From Eledone cirrhosa (lineage: Eukaryota), in the NCBI GenBank assembly GCA_964016885.1, contig OZ024742.1, positions 12,152,001 to 12,216,000 on the forward strand: a stretch of DNA of 64,000 nt. The letters are read 5' to 3'. The notes below the pieces were generated by a model. The model saw only the letters and a program-made list of their open reading frames with translations, made no database searches and was not told the DNA's origin. Within the stretch, counting starts at the first letter, position 1; each line of letters opens with the position of its first letter. The translations under genes and the position numbers were made by a program. Positions 51,561 to 64,000 of this stretch are shown here, one piece after another.

Positions 51561-51839
51561 TATATATGTATATATATATATATATATAAATGCGTGTGTG
51601 TCTGCCAGTGTGTGTATGTGTATGCGTATCTGTGTGTGTCAGTGATAGTATTTCTCGGTGTTAGTGTTTATATAATGACCAACATATATAAGTAGACGTG
51701 TCTCACAACGATTACCATTAAACTTACAGACTGCTTGTCGTCTGCCGTGAATACCCCGTCTATCTGTAATTAAATCCCTTACCTTTTAACTGTGTCTCAT
51801 AAATGATATGTTGGATTTACTGCCTTTAAAATATTTCTA

Positions 51840-52175
51840 AGGCCGATGGATTAGCAGAATCGGTAGAAAGTCGGGCATCATGCTTTGCAGCATATAGTTA
51901 ACTCCCTTTACGTTCTCAGTTCAAATACCGCCGAGGCTAGCTTTACCTTTCATCCTTACGGGGTTGTGGTTAGGAGGTAGAATCGTTAGAGCGTCGCACA
52001 TCATGCTTTACGGCTTATAGTTAGGGTCCTTTACTTTCTGAGTTCGAATCACACCGGTGTTAGCTTTGCCTTTCATGCTTATGGGGTCAATAAAATAAAG
52101 TCGATATAAGCGACTCACCCCTCCCCTTTCCCACAAAATATAACATTGTTGGCCTTGTGCCTAAATCAGAAACCA
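51840..52175 (+). mobile_element. Two tandem diverged SINE copies
   Basis: A/B boxes and central domain. Confidence 0.8.
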
Positions 52176-52447
52176 TTATTATTTATTTCTAAATATTTCA
52201 GTCGTTTCAGAATTTGGTTACACCTTAATTCTTCTCTGCAATCTCAAAGATAAAACTACAATTTTGATATTATTAATACATCCTTCGTTACACAAATCTT
52301 CAGTATTTTCTGTAAAGATTTTAAAACAGTTAATAAAATAACACACTTTTGATAGCTTCAAATTTTGGCACAAAACCAATAATTTAGATTATGGACTAGT
52401 GGCCAACTTGACTTGTCCATTATTTTATCATAAGAGGGAGGATATAA

Positions 52448-52700
52448 TTGTTTCTACTTTTGGCACAAGGCCAGCAATTACACAATACATTACTGGTACT
52501 TTATTTTATCGACCCCGTAAGGATGAAAGGCGAATTTAACCTCGGCAGGATTTGAACTTAGAATGGCCAGGGCCTTAACTCTATGCGTCAAAGCATAGGG
52601 AAGATATAATGCAATGCTAACTTTGCCGTGATTTGAACTCAGAACGTGAAAATGGCAAAGTATTTTGTCCGACGCTCTACTCGTTCAACTAATCCATTTC
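52448..52700 (-). mobile_element. SINE copy plus an older SINE relic
   Basis: Reverse complement of the central domain and B box. Confidence 0.75.
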
Positions 52701-52846
52701 CCCCTAACACATAATGGAGGAATATTTCCACATCTGGCAATGAGAGATTTCACAGCTTAATACCATTTAATTCTTGTATTACATACCCCAGGGGAAAAAA
52801 TTAACATGATGCAAATTATTTGCTAATGAACATCATCGGAATTTCA

Positions 52847-52959
<113 letters not shown>

Positions 52960-52965
52960 TTCTAT

Positions 52966-53019
<54 letters not shown>

Positions 53020-53027
53020 ATATATAT

Positions 53028-53092
<65 letters not shown>

Positions 53093-53194
53093 TGCGTTTA
53101 CACACTGATGGTTTGCTCTTCTTTATATATAGATTACCCCTTTCTCTCTCTCATTTTCTCACTCTATCTACTTATTTCTCTCTATCTATTTATC

Positions 53195-53232
<38 letters not shown>

Positions 53233-53235
<3 letters not shown>

Positions 53236-53385
53236 ATAATAATAAATTTAAAGACTAAAATCCAAAGAGGGCTCGATAAGGATAAATATATATCAAATAT
53301 ATAAGAATCGTAGAGGAAATATTTATTAAAATAACAGATTAAAGATTAATTCCGTTCATTGCCAGAGAACGTCTCTATGAACCAC
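53233..53385 (+). mobile_element. Rearranged family D fragment: cap, inverted 3' tip and 3' UTR piece
   Basis: Cap matches 47063-47131; tttattaaaataacagattaaag inverts the 3' tip; cgttcattgccagagaacgtctctatg matches 46709-46735. Confidence 0.8.
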
Positions 53386-53471
53386 TTACGACTTCTTTTG
53401 TTTTGAAAAAGATAAATTAAATGATAGGCGCCACAAAGAAAGCTTTAAGCGATACTCTGACCAACTCCAAG

Positions 53472-54740
53472 GACCGTCGTACCTTGTACTAAGCCCCGCC
53501 TGACTGCGCTGGAGCGTTTGCTCTTTCGCTTTTTGTGGAATGGACGCGCTCCGATGGTCAGGCGGTCCATCTGCTGTCAACACCCGCTATGTGGAGGGCT
53601 GGGTATGCCGTGACTGATGATGCGCAGACACGCGCTCAAGCTACGACATCTCCACCTCTTCCTCGACGGTACTCAGGTGTGGTCGCCGTTTGTTAGACGC
53701 TTCTTTCCCCAGCTCGTCTCCTTGACGGAGTTGCAGTACTGGGTCAAGCGAAGACCGAGAGGGAGCGCTCGGAGACTGGACTGTCTTCAGGCGCTCACAG
53801 CCCTCGACTAATCGGGCAGTGTGATCGGTGGAAACTCCACCTTGGCGTTCTATAGAGGATTAGTGGGAGAGCGACGACGTACTTGGGGAAACTCTAGGCG
53901 TCGACGAAAGTCAACTAGCCAATCTGTTCGGCAGAACTTTCGGGCCGGGGCCTATGGACAACTTCCAGAAATCCCTGGCCTGGCAGTGCTACCAAGGAGC
54001 TTTGCCAGTTCGGGATAAACTCTACAGACATGGAGGTGCCGTCAGCCGGGCATGTCCAAGATACGCGCAGAGCGACGAGACCGTCCTGCACGCACTCGTC
54101 CAGTGTCCGAAAATTGCTGACTTGTGGGTTTATGTCGAACACCTGCTGTCGCGTGTAGGACGGATCCAGCTATCAGCTGAGTCCATCGTGAGGATTGCCC
54201 CGCCCTCTTCCTTTAGCCGGGAAGTGCAGGCAGTTTTTATCTGTCTGGTGGCCATGGCGAAAGAGATAGTATGGTGGACACGTTTGAAAGGGCTGAAGAC
54301 GAGCACTTACCTCTTCGGCGATGTCCTGATTAACTTTTTCAAATTTCATTTGAAAAGGAAAATCAGGGTAGAGAGGGAAGTGCTCTCTTCCCAGCATTTT
54401 GTTGAAAGATGGGTGAGAGAAGCAAGTATGGCCCGAGTGAATGGGCCTACTCTGAGTATGTGTCTGTAAATTAAATGTGGAAAACTGGGAGAGGGCACTT
54501 GCCCTGGTGGTCAGGGTAACTGTGGCTTTTTAATGGGCTTTTTCCACGTTGTCCCTCGGAAGTCTCCCCCCTATTGGGGAATTTTTTCATTGTTCTATTA
54601 TTACATCCTCTGTTTTTTGTTTTTTTTACACGCAGAAATGCCCTTTACACGCAGAAATGCCCTTTTGTACCGTCCTGTATTGTCCTGTACTGTCCTTAAT
54701 GTCTACTTTGTGTAAACCCTTGTGGTTAATAAAGAAAGCA
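53472..54740 (+). mobile_element. Tx1-like LINE 3' half (post-RT ORF2, zinc-binding region, 3' UTR), followed by (TTA)n(TAG)n
   Basis: TVVPC..FRFLWNG..GGLGMP; ALPVRD..CPRY..ETVLHALVQC. Confidence 0.9.
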
Positions 54741-54771
54741 TTATTATTGTTATTATTATTATTATTATTAT

Positions 54772-54815
<44 letters not shown>

Positions 54816-55019
54816 ATAACATGTTTCAAATTTTACAAATGACACATCGTTATGATAGAGACATGTATCGTAATATTTGTTCCTCTCCTGGCAGAGATCT
54901 CAGTAAATGTTAAATACGTAAAACAAATAGTGTTTCTTGTGGCTGTTAGGAATATTTCATGAAGGAAGAATGTTACGTATTCCGTATACGCAATTCTACA
55001 TGTCATCAGGATATACAAT

Positions 55020-55925
55020 AAATATGTGTGGACGTGTGAATGGGAATGTGTTTGTGTATGTGTATGAATGTGTGAGTTTGTGAATGTGTATGTGTATGAA
55101 TGTGGGAGTGTGTGTGTGTGTGTGTGTATATATGAATGTGTATAAATGTGTGACTGTGAGGAGTGCGTATGTGTATGAATGTGTAACAATATGTTTGTGT
55201 GAGTGTGTATGACTATGAATGCGTAGAAACGTGTATGTGAAAGTGGGTATGTATATTAATGTGTAGCAATATGTATGTGTGTCTATGTGTGTGAATAGGT
55301 AGCAATATGAATGTGTCTATGTGTGGGCATGTTTAGCAATATGTATGTGTTTGTGAATGTGTGAGTGTGTGGATGTTTGTGTAAGTCTAAGTATGTATGG
55401 ATGTTTTGAAGGTTGGAAACGCGAGTGTGCACTTGTGTGTATGTGTGTGTATGTGTATGTGTGTGTATGTGTATGTGTGTGTATGTGTGTGTATGTGTGG
55501 TTATATGTGTGTTATGTGTGTAACTGGGGGAGTAATATAAACAGGATTGTTTGTGTGATAAATCTTGTTGGAGGGTGGGGTGGTCGGTGTGATGGTGTGG
55601 AGTGGGGTGGAGTGAGCAGGGGTGTAGTAAAGTAGGTGGGGTGGAGTGAGGAGGGTGGAGTGACGTAGGGTGGGTGGAGTGAAGAGGGTTGGAGTGGAAA
55701 GGGATGGGGCGGATTAGAGGGGTGGAGTGAAGTGGGGTGGGTGGTGTGAGAGGCTGGAGTGAAGTTGGGTGGGGTGGAGTGAGGAGGGTGTAGTGGGGTG
55801 GAGTGGAGTGGGGTAGATTGGAGTGAGGAGGGGTGGAGTGAAGGGGTTGGAGTGGAGTGAAGTGGGGTGGAGTGAGGAGGGGTGGAATGAAGTGGGGTGG
55901 GAGTGTGGTGCGATGGGTGTGGGGT
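55020..55925. repeat. TG-rich low-complexity tract followed by a G-rich (GGAGT/GGGGT)n tract (55572-55925)
   Basis: Seen directly. Confidence 0.9.
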
Positions 55926-56048
55926 GACGCAGGGCAATCTTTTACGATCACAAAATTCTATGTGAGCATTGTAATAGTTTTATAGGATGTAAAGGAAGAC
56001 AACTATGTGAAGGTATGTATGGTTTTAACAGAGAGATAGACAGATAGA

Positions 56049-56084
<36 letters not shown>

Positions 56085-56104
56085 TCTATCTATCTATCTA
56101 TTTA

Positions 56105-56198
<94 letters not shown>

Positions 56199-56714
56199 AT
56201 ATATATATGTATATATATATCGAATTATTCTCACACTTTGAAATTGCCAGCCAAAAACCGGGGGTTACTTCCCTTGTTGGAAATAACACGTGACAAGAAA
56301 GACAGAATGCTGTCTATTGTAGTAGTCGTCCATAGTTGCAGTTCAAACCGGCTTGAGGCATAGAACGTAATACCCGTCAATGGCGTGAATCCCCTGTTCG
56401 ATTATAGAATACCACAAGTATTACGTAAGTTGGATTGATGATATCGGATTTCAAATAAACATATCGGACCTATTGCAGAATATCGTTCGATTTGTCCAGA
56501 TCTGTTGTTTAATCTGATTAGTTTTTTCGTTGTTTTGGTATTGTATGGCTGGGTTTTACCTCCCGCAATTTTCAATTTGTCAAGCTGTCTAAACGTATGT
56601 TATTACTCAAAGGCCCTACCTTATTGAGTGCTTCGATTTTACTAAGCTTATATATATATATATATATATATATTTCGTTTCTGAATTTGTTTAGCAAGAT
56701 TCTTTATCTGAAAA

Positions 56715-57890
56715 CGTGTGTTGAAACCGATATTGTTATACTTTGGGAGGGTCATGTTGCCAATAAGAAACACACGCACCAGTGTTTCACTTCAATTTAT
56801 TATAAATTAAATTTATAAATTTAGGAATTTATAAATTTCCGGTTGGTTGGTTCCACAACCAGACGATTGTTCATATATTATCAAAGTTCTTATATAGAAA
56901 GAACTAGGAATAAGGTTAATAGAATAAACTCATGGTATGATAGCAATAAATACCAAAGTGAATGTTCATCGATACAACCCCTAGAGGTGAATTAGCTTAC
57001 ACATTTAGAAGGGCCCTAGATAAACATAAACTCAATATTAAGATAGTAGAAAGACCAGGTACCGCCATAAAAACACTTATTAGCAATATATACCCTTTTC
57101 AAAGACCTCTCTGTATAGATAAGAAATGTATAATCTGTAAATTAAGGCCCCATATTAACTGTAAAACTAGAAATGTAGTATATAGCATAAGATCTACTGA
57201 AGGACAATATAGAGATAAGAATATAGTGTAGATAGGTGAGACAGCTCTTAGTATAGGGGAACGGATAAATGAAAACTGGCGAGAGCTTCAAGATAGTAAA
57301 GAATCATCTGTACTCCACCAACATGCTAAAATAGAACATAGGTGTAAATTAGAGAACAGAAATAAAAATAGAATCAAGACACAGTAAAGGCGCGATGTTT
57401 AGACAAATCACAGAGGCAATAAACATAAATGAACTCCAACCAAAATTAAATAGAAAACATGAATGGAACAGCAACATCACAACTTACAATTACGGACAAA
57501 ATGAAAACACACACACACATAGAACAAACAACCAACCAGTAACATGTAAATAAACAAATAAATAAACAAATATAAACACACACAGACACCCGGATGTAAC
57601 ACATGCGCAAACTAAGCACACAACACACACAAAAACAAGATGGCGTAGGACAGAACAAAGGAGAGGCACAAAAATAAAGAAAAGAATAGCCAGTCACTGA
57701 AGAGGTCACAGAATGTGTGACGAAATAATTTTGACAATATATGAACAATCGTCTGGTTGTGGAACCAACCAACCAACCGGAAATTTATAAATTCCTAAAT
57801 TTATAAATTTAATTTATAATAAATTGAAGTGAAAGCGATTGGTGCGTGTGTTTCTTATTGACAACATGACCCTCCCAAAGCATAACAATA
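56715..57890 (+). mobile_element. Penelope-like element (Cys-linker GIY-YIG type), 5'-truncated with inverted pLTR; HHR at 57693-57735
   Basis: FIDTTPRGEL, VERPG, CIDKKCIIC..CKTRNVVY, IGET; 56730-56885 inverts 57730-57890; gtca-CTGAAGA-g gtcaca gaatg tgtgac-GAAA-taat-TT-tgac. Confidence 0.85.
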
Positions 57891-58900
57891 TATGGTTGTC
57901 GTACCATGATGTGGCTTTCCCTATCTTATGTCTAGCCCTATCTAAGCTATTCCATGATTTGCTCCTGTATAGTGGGCAAATTCCTTTCATGTCTAGTTCT
58001 ATGAGGGTTTTATACTTTTCCATGGCTCCTTCGTATACTCTGACTCTGTCTCTTTGGTTGTAGCCAGAGAACTGCATGCGGTTGATGAAATGTTGGATGT
58101 GTCTTTCCATTTCTGTTGGGTCGCACATGCTGGACACATTCTTCATCACTCGTACCAAATCTGCGATCAGAATATTAAACTTAGCACTACTGGACATTGC
58201 TGAGTTTTTGAGTATCAGGTATTTGGAGGCCATGGGTTTAGCATAGTGTGAGTGGAGAATTTGGGCTCCCTCGTCTATAGTGTTAATCCAGAGTTCTGTG
58301 TCTAATACAGGTAGTCTATTGTTAGGGTGTTTGGAAGGGATAAAATAAAATAAAATAAGATAAATAAATACATACACAAGCACAATAACAACAAGCACAT
58401 AAACACACACTAGTCACCCAGCAGACACAACACTATACACACTAGTCACACAACACACACAACACTGTACACACACGCAAACGCATGCGCAAACGCATGC
58501 GCAAACAAACAAGCAAATAAATAAATAAATATATAGACAGACTGAATAAAAAATGGCGTAGACATACAACACAACAGGAGAAAAAATATAACACCACTGA
58601 CGATGTTGCAGATGTGCAACGAAAGATTTATGTAAATTATGTAAACTATATATATGCGTTTGTGTCTATATTGTATCTGTATTATTTTTGACCGTCGGTC
58701 AGTGAATGGCAACATTGAGGACCGATTAAGTTAGATCGCATATATAAAAGACAGCGAGAAGCGAAAACCAACCAAACAGTGAGTGTGTTCTGTTATTAAT
58801 TCTGGCAATATTACACAAATATGACCCTCCCCAAGTATAACAATATTTGTTTCGACACACGATTTCATATAAAAAACCTCGCTAAACTAATTCATCGCCG
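57891..58900. mobile_element. Second related PLE: inverted RT-thumb segment (57891-58340, minus) plus 3' pLTR (58340-58900, plus) with decayed HHR near 58593-58634
   Basis: LPVLDTELW..HYAKPMAS..SAMS..MQFSGY..PLYR; CTGACGA-t gttgca gatg tgcaac-GAAA. Confidence 0.8.
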
Positions 58901-58933
<33 letters not shown>

Positions 58934-58938
<5 letters not shown>

Positions 58939-59170
58939 TAAAATAACAGATTAAAGTTTAAGCAAACAATCGCTGCTTTCACCCTTAACGGGATCTTCTG
59001 AAACTAACAAAGTTAATCTGTGAACACAGAAGTGAATATTTCAAAAAACGTTGCAACCGGAGGAAGACAGGAAGACGATACTTTGGTTCGTGCAAACGTT
59101 CCCTGGCAAAGAACGGGAAAAAACGAATATAATACGTCATTATTTGGAGCGGTGACAAAAGACAAAACCT
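58934..59170 (-). mobile_element. Family D 3' end; CAGAAGA HHR at 58955-59005
   Basis: Reverse complement of 46785-47030. Confidence 0.88.
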
Positions 59171-59174
59171 CGTT

Positions 59175-62100
59175 ATATGTATTATATCTATTTATATGTT
59201 ACACACTTTATTGTGTTGTATCAGATGAAAGAATGGTATTTAACTAATGTATTGGTACGCGATGGGGCCCACCCACAGCCCCGGCGGACAGAATGGAGAA
59301 GGCATTTCCCGGGAGGACGGCAAGGGAGACGCGCTGGAAAAGCCACTCCAACTCGCGGGGTTCACACCTACGGCTGGCCAGTTCAGCGCCTATGGTGGTG
59401 AGTAAGGAGGTAGCCCTGGGGTCGAGGACACCAGAAGTTTCCACTGCCAGGGGAACGACCTCAAACCTGGCGGAGAGCGACCGGTATTTGAGGAGTTTGG
59501 CCCCCTCAGCTCGACGAGCAGCAGGTTGCGGCTGCAAAAAGTGTCGGTGCAAGTGGCATCCCAGACGAGAGGTTTGCCACCGCAAACGGGAAGATGGTCA
59601 TGCCATCTGGCCTTTTGCCGTCCCCTCGATCCAGCCCCACCGGCTCGAGCTGGGAAGGGAATCCTGCAGCGTCCAAGCCATGCTTAATGACCTCGTTGAG
59701 GGCAGTATGGCGTGGAATGCGGCTGGCACTGTGGGGACAGGAAAGCGGGTGGAGGCCGAAAGAGTCCACGGTGAAACCGCAGCGACATTGGTGTGGTTGG
59801 CAAATCCGGAGGCCGAGCCTCAGGGAAACGCCGATTCGCAGGCTATGGTTGTCTAGCTGCGTGCCAGTGGAGAAGGAGGGCAGAGCATGGAGCCAGGCAC
59901 CACTTTGGGGTTTGGATGCCGCACGAAAACAATCGAGGCGGTGCTGGTCGAGCTGGCGCGTGAGCCTGTCTGAGGCCAGGCTGCACAGGATGGCACCCTA
60001 AGTGCGTTTGGGAGACTTGAGGTCAACAGGGAGAGAAGGAGGAGGGACGTCTACTGGGCTAAGTCCCAGCCGGTCCCACGTCTCACAGGCGGCCTCACGT
60101 TCTCTGAACACAGAGGGTTCTGTTGTGTTTTGAAGAACCCTGCTGACGAGGACGCGGCACGAGGTTACCGACGAAAGTTACGCCGGCAAAGCTAGTGAGA
60201 TCGGGGACCGGAGGCCTAGGCCACCATACCTGACCGGTAAAGTGGCCTGTTGCCACCCTATGTCGTCAAACTTGACGTTGCATATCCCCTCGGCTGCTGC
60301 TCGGATACAAGTATCGAGGTCAGCGAGGAAAGATGTCTGGGTGTAGCATGGAGCGCTGCGGGGTGTATAGAGGAGCTTCGGCATGGCGAAACAGTTCCTC
60401 AGCAGAAAGAGAGCTGGGTGGCCGTCAATCAAGCCCAGTCGGCTCGTGAGAGGCTGGAGCTGTTGAAGCCTGGACCTGATGGTGGAGCGGATGGCCGGCG
60501 AGTGCATCGGTGACCCGAGGATGAGGACATCCTCTTTGGGGGTCACCTGAACCTGTCGGAGAATGGACCGCACGTCCAAGACGGAGGCTGCAAAGCTCGC
60601 AGCATCGAGGCTGACGTTCACCATCTCCGACTTGGCCGAGTTGACCTGAAGGCCGATTCCCGCCAGGGCAGGAATCACCGATTGAAGGTCTTGGCAGACT
60701 GTCCGTACGGGCCCGCCCAACGTAGCATCATCCAGATACCAGACGTTGAGAGGGGCCATGATACTCCGGGCGATGTGTTCAATACCAAGGGCGAACAGGA
60801 GGGGTCCTAAAGGGTCGCCCTGTTGGACCCCAGTAGCCAAGGGTATGACCGTATCAGCAGCTAGGAGCATGCTGGGGGCTCCATATGACAGGTAGGCCAG
60901 CGGGTAGGCAGAGGGGGCTCGGCTGAAGCAGACCTCGAGCAGATGATCCCGGCGTAAAGAGTTAAAGGCATTCCTCATGTCAAGCTTGACAATGAGGTGC
61001 CTGGAGTCCCTGGATGCCGGTACCGATTGGCAGCTGCTGAAGAACTGCCTGATTGCATGAGAGGCTCCCTCACAGCCACCGGACACGCCGACACCCAGTT
61101 GCACCGGACTAAACTCCTCACCCAGTTCGTGTGTGACGGACTTGCAGATCACCTTGGCAGCCAGCCTCCGGAAGACATTGCCCAAAGAAATGGGGCGTAT
61201 GCCACCCTCTTTCTTCCTGAGAGCGGTGAGTCTGGCCGAAAAAAAGAGACCTAAGGCGTAAGGGTCGAGGGCACCACGAATGCGCCTATTGGTGAGCACC
61301 ACAATTGCACTCAGAAGGCGGCGCCCGGCCTCAGCGGTGAGGGGGATGTCAACTCCTTGAGGTGGCTTGTTCTGAGACCATCAACACCTCCACAGCTGCT
61401 AGCTGGGAAGGACCTGATGGCGGACATGATATCTGCATCAGTAGCTACAAGGAGCAGGTGGGGGTCGGGTGGGGGTATGGGTCTGAGATCAGTGGGAAGC
61501 TCGGGGTGTTTGAGCTGCAGAGCAGCCAGGATCTCCTCGGTGGGTTGGAGGACAGTGTCCTCTGAGGCAACACCTCTGACTGCGGCCAATACATCACCCA
61601 TGATAAGCTTTGTGTTTACCTGGTCACGCAAACGCTTGGCGTCGGCCTCGGGGGTGGAAGATAGGGGGTACCTGAGGGTGGGGTGTGTGGCGTCCCTGGG
61701 CACGCTTGTAATGGGCGCTCGCCCAAATGACGAGACATTGTCCTTGACGAAGGCTGCTGTTGACCGGCCGCCCCGGTCAGAGCCAGAGCTGGGGAGGCCG
61801 AGGGCTAGTGGAGCGAAATAGAACAGCCGCTCCCAGTCACTGGCTCGATTGGAGTCAAGGGCGCTTTCAATCGAGGAAGCGAGGGTATCGGTTACCGGCA
61901 CCCGTGCCGCTCTCGGGATCCTGAGTGAGATCTTCCGGAGCCGCCTAAGCCAAGCGATGTTGACCAGCGAGGCTCGGGTGTCAGGCAAGCTCGCTGTCCC
62001 ATCTGGTGGTGTGCCAGACGGCCGTGGCTGGGAAGACGTGGGGAAGAGGCAGCTCCTGCACCTCCACGCTGCGAGGACATTGGAAGCTCGACGAGCCAAG

Positions 62101-62320
62101 CCAACGCAGGTGAGATGGTGGAAGCAGCCGCACCACAAACAGTTCCGGCCCCTCTTCCGTTTGCTAGTGGTGCCGCAAATGCTGCAGGTGTCGATTTGGA
62201 AGGGTGGGGGATGGGGCGTGGGGCCGGGGACTGGGGCACCGAGCGGCATCAGGGGTGGGTGGCTGGTGTGTGTGGTTGGAAGGGAAAGTGGTGGTAAGAG
62301 GGCAGCATAGCTCACCTATA
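59175..62320 (-). mobile_element. CRE-clade-like RLE non-LTR retrotransposon with N-terminal PHD finger; GC-rich, few lesions
   Basis: GGVDGLR, KKEGGIRPI, QLGVG, LDMRNAFN, GVQQGDPLGPLLF, WYLDD, GGLGL, C..GLHPLSC..RH, RPDG, KYRSL..PLAVETSG. Confidence 0.88.
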
Positions 62321-62809
62321 TATATGGAGGTGCCAGAAAACGAGAGCGAAAAGGGGCTGCATGGAGGGGGAGACACAGGAAGGTAGAATGGCAGTAAATG
62401 AATGAGTTAATGGATGGATGTACACACAAAAAAAAGGAGGGGGGGGGGAACAAGGGGTTGTTTCCAGCGCAAAGACCCAGAGTTCAGCACACCCACATGC
62501 GAGCAGTTTGTCAAAGACGATATTCTCAATGGACGCGCTTACAATATTTGAATATAACTGAACCGTCTTGTCATTTAATTTGAAAAGTGGAGCAAAGTAA
62601 AAGGAATATAGTGAATTTGGAGTGTCAATCCCTTGAGATTTTTTTTTTTTTTTTTTTTTTTCCAATACCGAACTTACAGTTTTCCAGGATTTGTACTCAT
62701 TCTTTTTTTTTTTCCTTCAAAAGGATGGAGGCGTTTTATCTCCTCATGAAACTGCCATTACTTAATGATGTTCGTCATCTATGGCTTATTCATATGTATT
62801 ATTTCATAA

Positions 62810-62912
62810 AAATCCCGCCGATTAACTTTGCCTTTCATCCTTGTGGGGTCGATAAAATAAAGTACCAGTAATGTACTGGGTAATTGCTAGCCTTGTGCCT
62901 AACGTAGAAACA
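62810..62912 (+). mobile_element. SINE 3' half
   Basis: Central domain and 3' end. Confidence 0.85.
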
Positions 62913-63233
62913 ATTATTTCATAACTCTATAGAATGTTTGTGCAGTGTTCTGTGTCCAGCCAGGTTTGTACAACAGGTAAGAAAAATGATGATTCGGTGA
63001 CGGTTTCTTCTGATAGGAACCTCTTCCACGTCGGAAGATCGAAGTGTGTTTTCTTGTCTTCTTCAATACTTTCATAAACGGCTTCGGAGATTTAAAACTT
63101 GTTTCAATTGGTGCTTCCATTTCCACACGGTTCTATTGTCTTATTTACAAAAATATATATTTCTATATATTTCTTTATTTATTTCTCTTCTTTTAGTATA
63201 ATATAGCGAGTTGTCACCAGTGATGTTTGAAGT

Positions 63234-64000
63234 TCAGGCGATAGTAGATGACAGACGCGATGTACGCGTTAGCCACCTCCGCTCGACCTTTCAGGGATAG
63301 CTTCCCCTCCGCCCATTTCTGGGTGAGAGAAACCACACTGCTCGTCACTTCGTCCCAGTTTTTGGCCGCCTGGAGGTCCGGAGCGAACCAGACCCCTAGC
63401 AATTTAACCGGTCCATCCGTCCAGCGCCCGACCACGCTGTTGGATGGCATGGACCTGCCTCTCCAGGTGCCGAGCTGCAGGCCCACTGACTTTTCCTGGT
63501 TGATCATTGCTCCTGTCACCGCTTCGTATTCTCTTAGTGTAGTGCCGATCACCTCGATGTGTTTGGCGTTCGACACCACTACGGTGAAATCGTCCGCATA
63601 TGCTGACACGGATCTTCCGCATCCTAGTTCGCGCGGGACCCCCCTCAAAGTCTCCAGATTGTACAGTAATGGCTCGAGAGTCAATACGTACTAGAGGGAC
63701 GAGAGGGGACATCCTTGGCGGACCGAGCGCATGATGTTGAACGGTTCCGAAAGGTGACCGTTCACTCTCACCACAGAGCAGATGTCGCTGTGCATGGCAG
63801 CGATCCAGCCTCTGAAGACCGGCCCAAAGCCAGCCACCCTCAGGACTGCGGCTAGCTAACTATGGTCGACACTATCGAAAGCTTTCGACTGATCTAAATT
63901 GATCAAGGACCCACTCGTGCCAGATTCCCTAGCTACCCTCTCTACGATGTATCGCATGAGGTGGAGGTTGTCGTGGATGGATCTGTCGGGAATGGCGCAC
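63234..64000 (-). mobile_element. Tx1-like LINE RT domain fragment (defective), continuing beyond the window
   Basis: LDQSKAFD, SVRQGCP, SAYADD, VKLLGV, LSLKGR..IYYRL. Confidence 0.9.

Overview
AT-rich animal genomic DNA made almost entirely of transposable elements and microsatellites. The tRNA-derived SINE family and dense (TA)n/(CA)n/(GA)n tracts suggest an octopod cephalopod (inference). No host protein-coding gene could be supported. Contents: three R4/Dong-type RLE LINEs, five Tx1/L1-type fragments, one RTE fragment, one GC-rich CRE-like LINE with an N-terminal PHD finger, at least four Penelope-like (PLE) coding fragments, a Chapaev3-like DNA transposon with a stop-free transposase core, about 14 SINE copies and several MITE/Helitron-like relics. 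Main findings: (1) many unrelated type I hammerhead-ribozyme (HHR) repeat families inserted in (TA)n, often as palindromes, including a family with a fixed non-canonical CAGAAGA core; (2) a PLE family whose copies keep a fixed 5' cap and 3' end with variable internal deletion; (3) a 12.8-kb array of Dong and Tx1 elements stacked in opposite orientations in one (TTA)n tract next to a SINE tail; (4) a 9.76-kb inversion (53474-63233) whose reversal rejoins two broken reading frames. All structures were folded and aligned by eye; no database searches were run.
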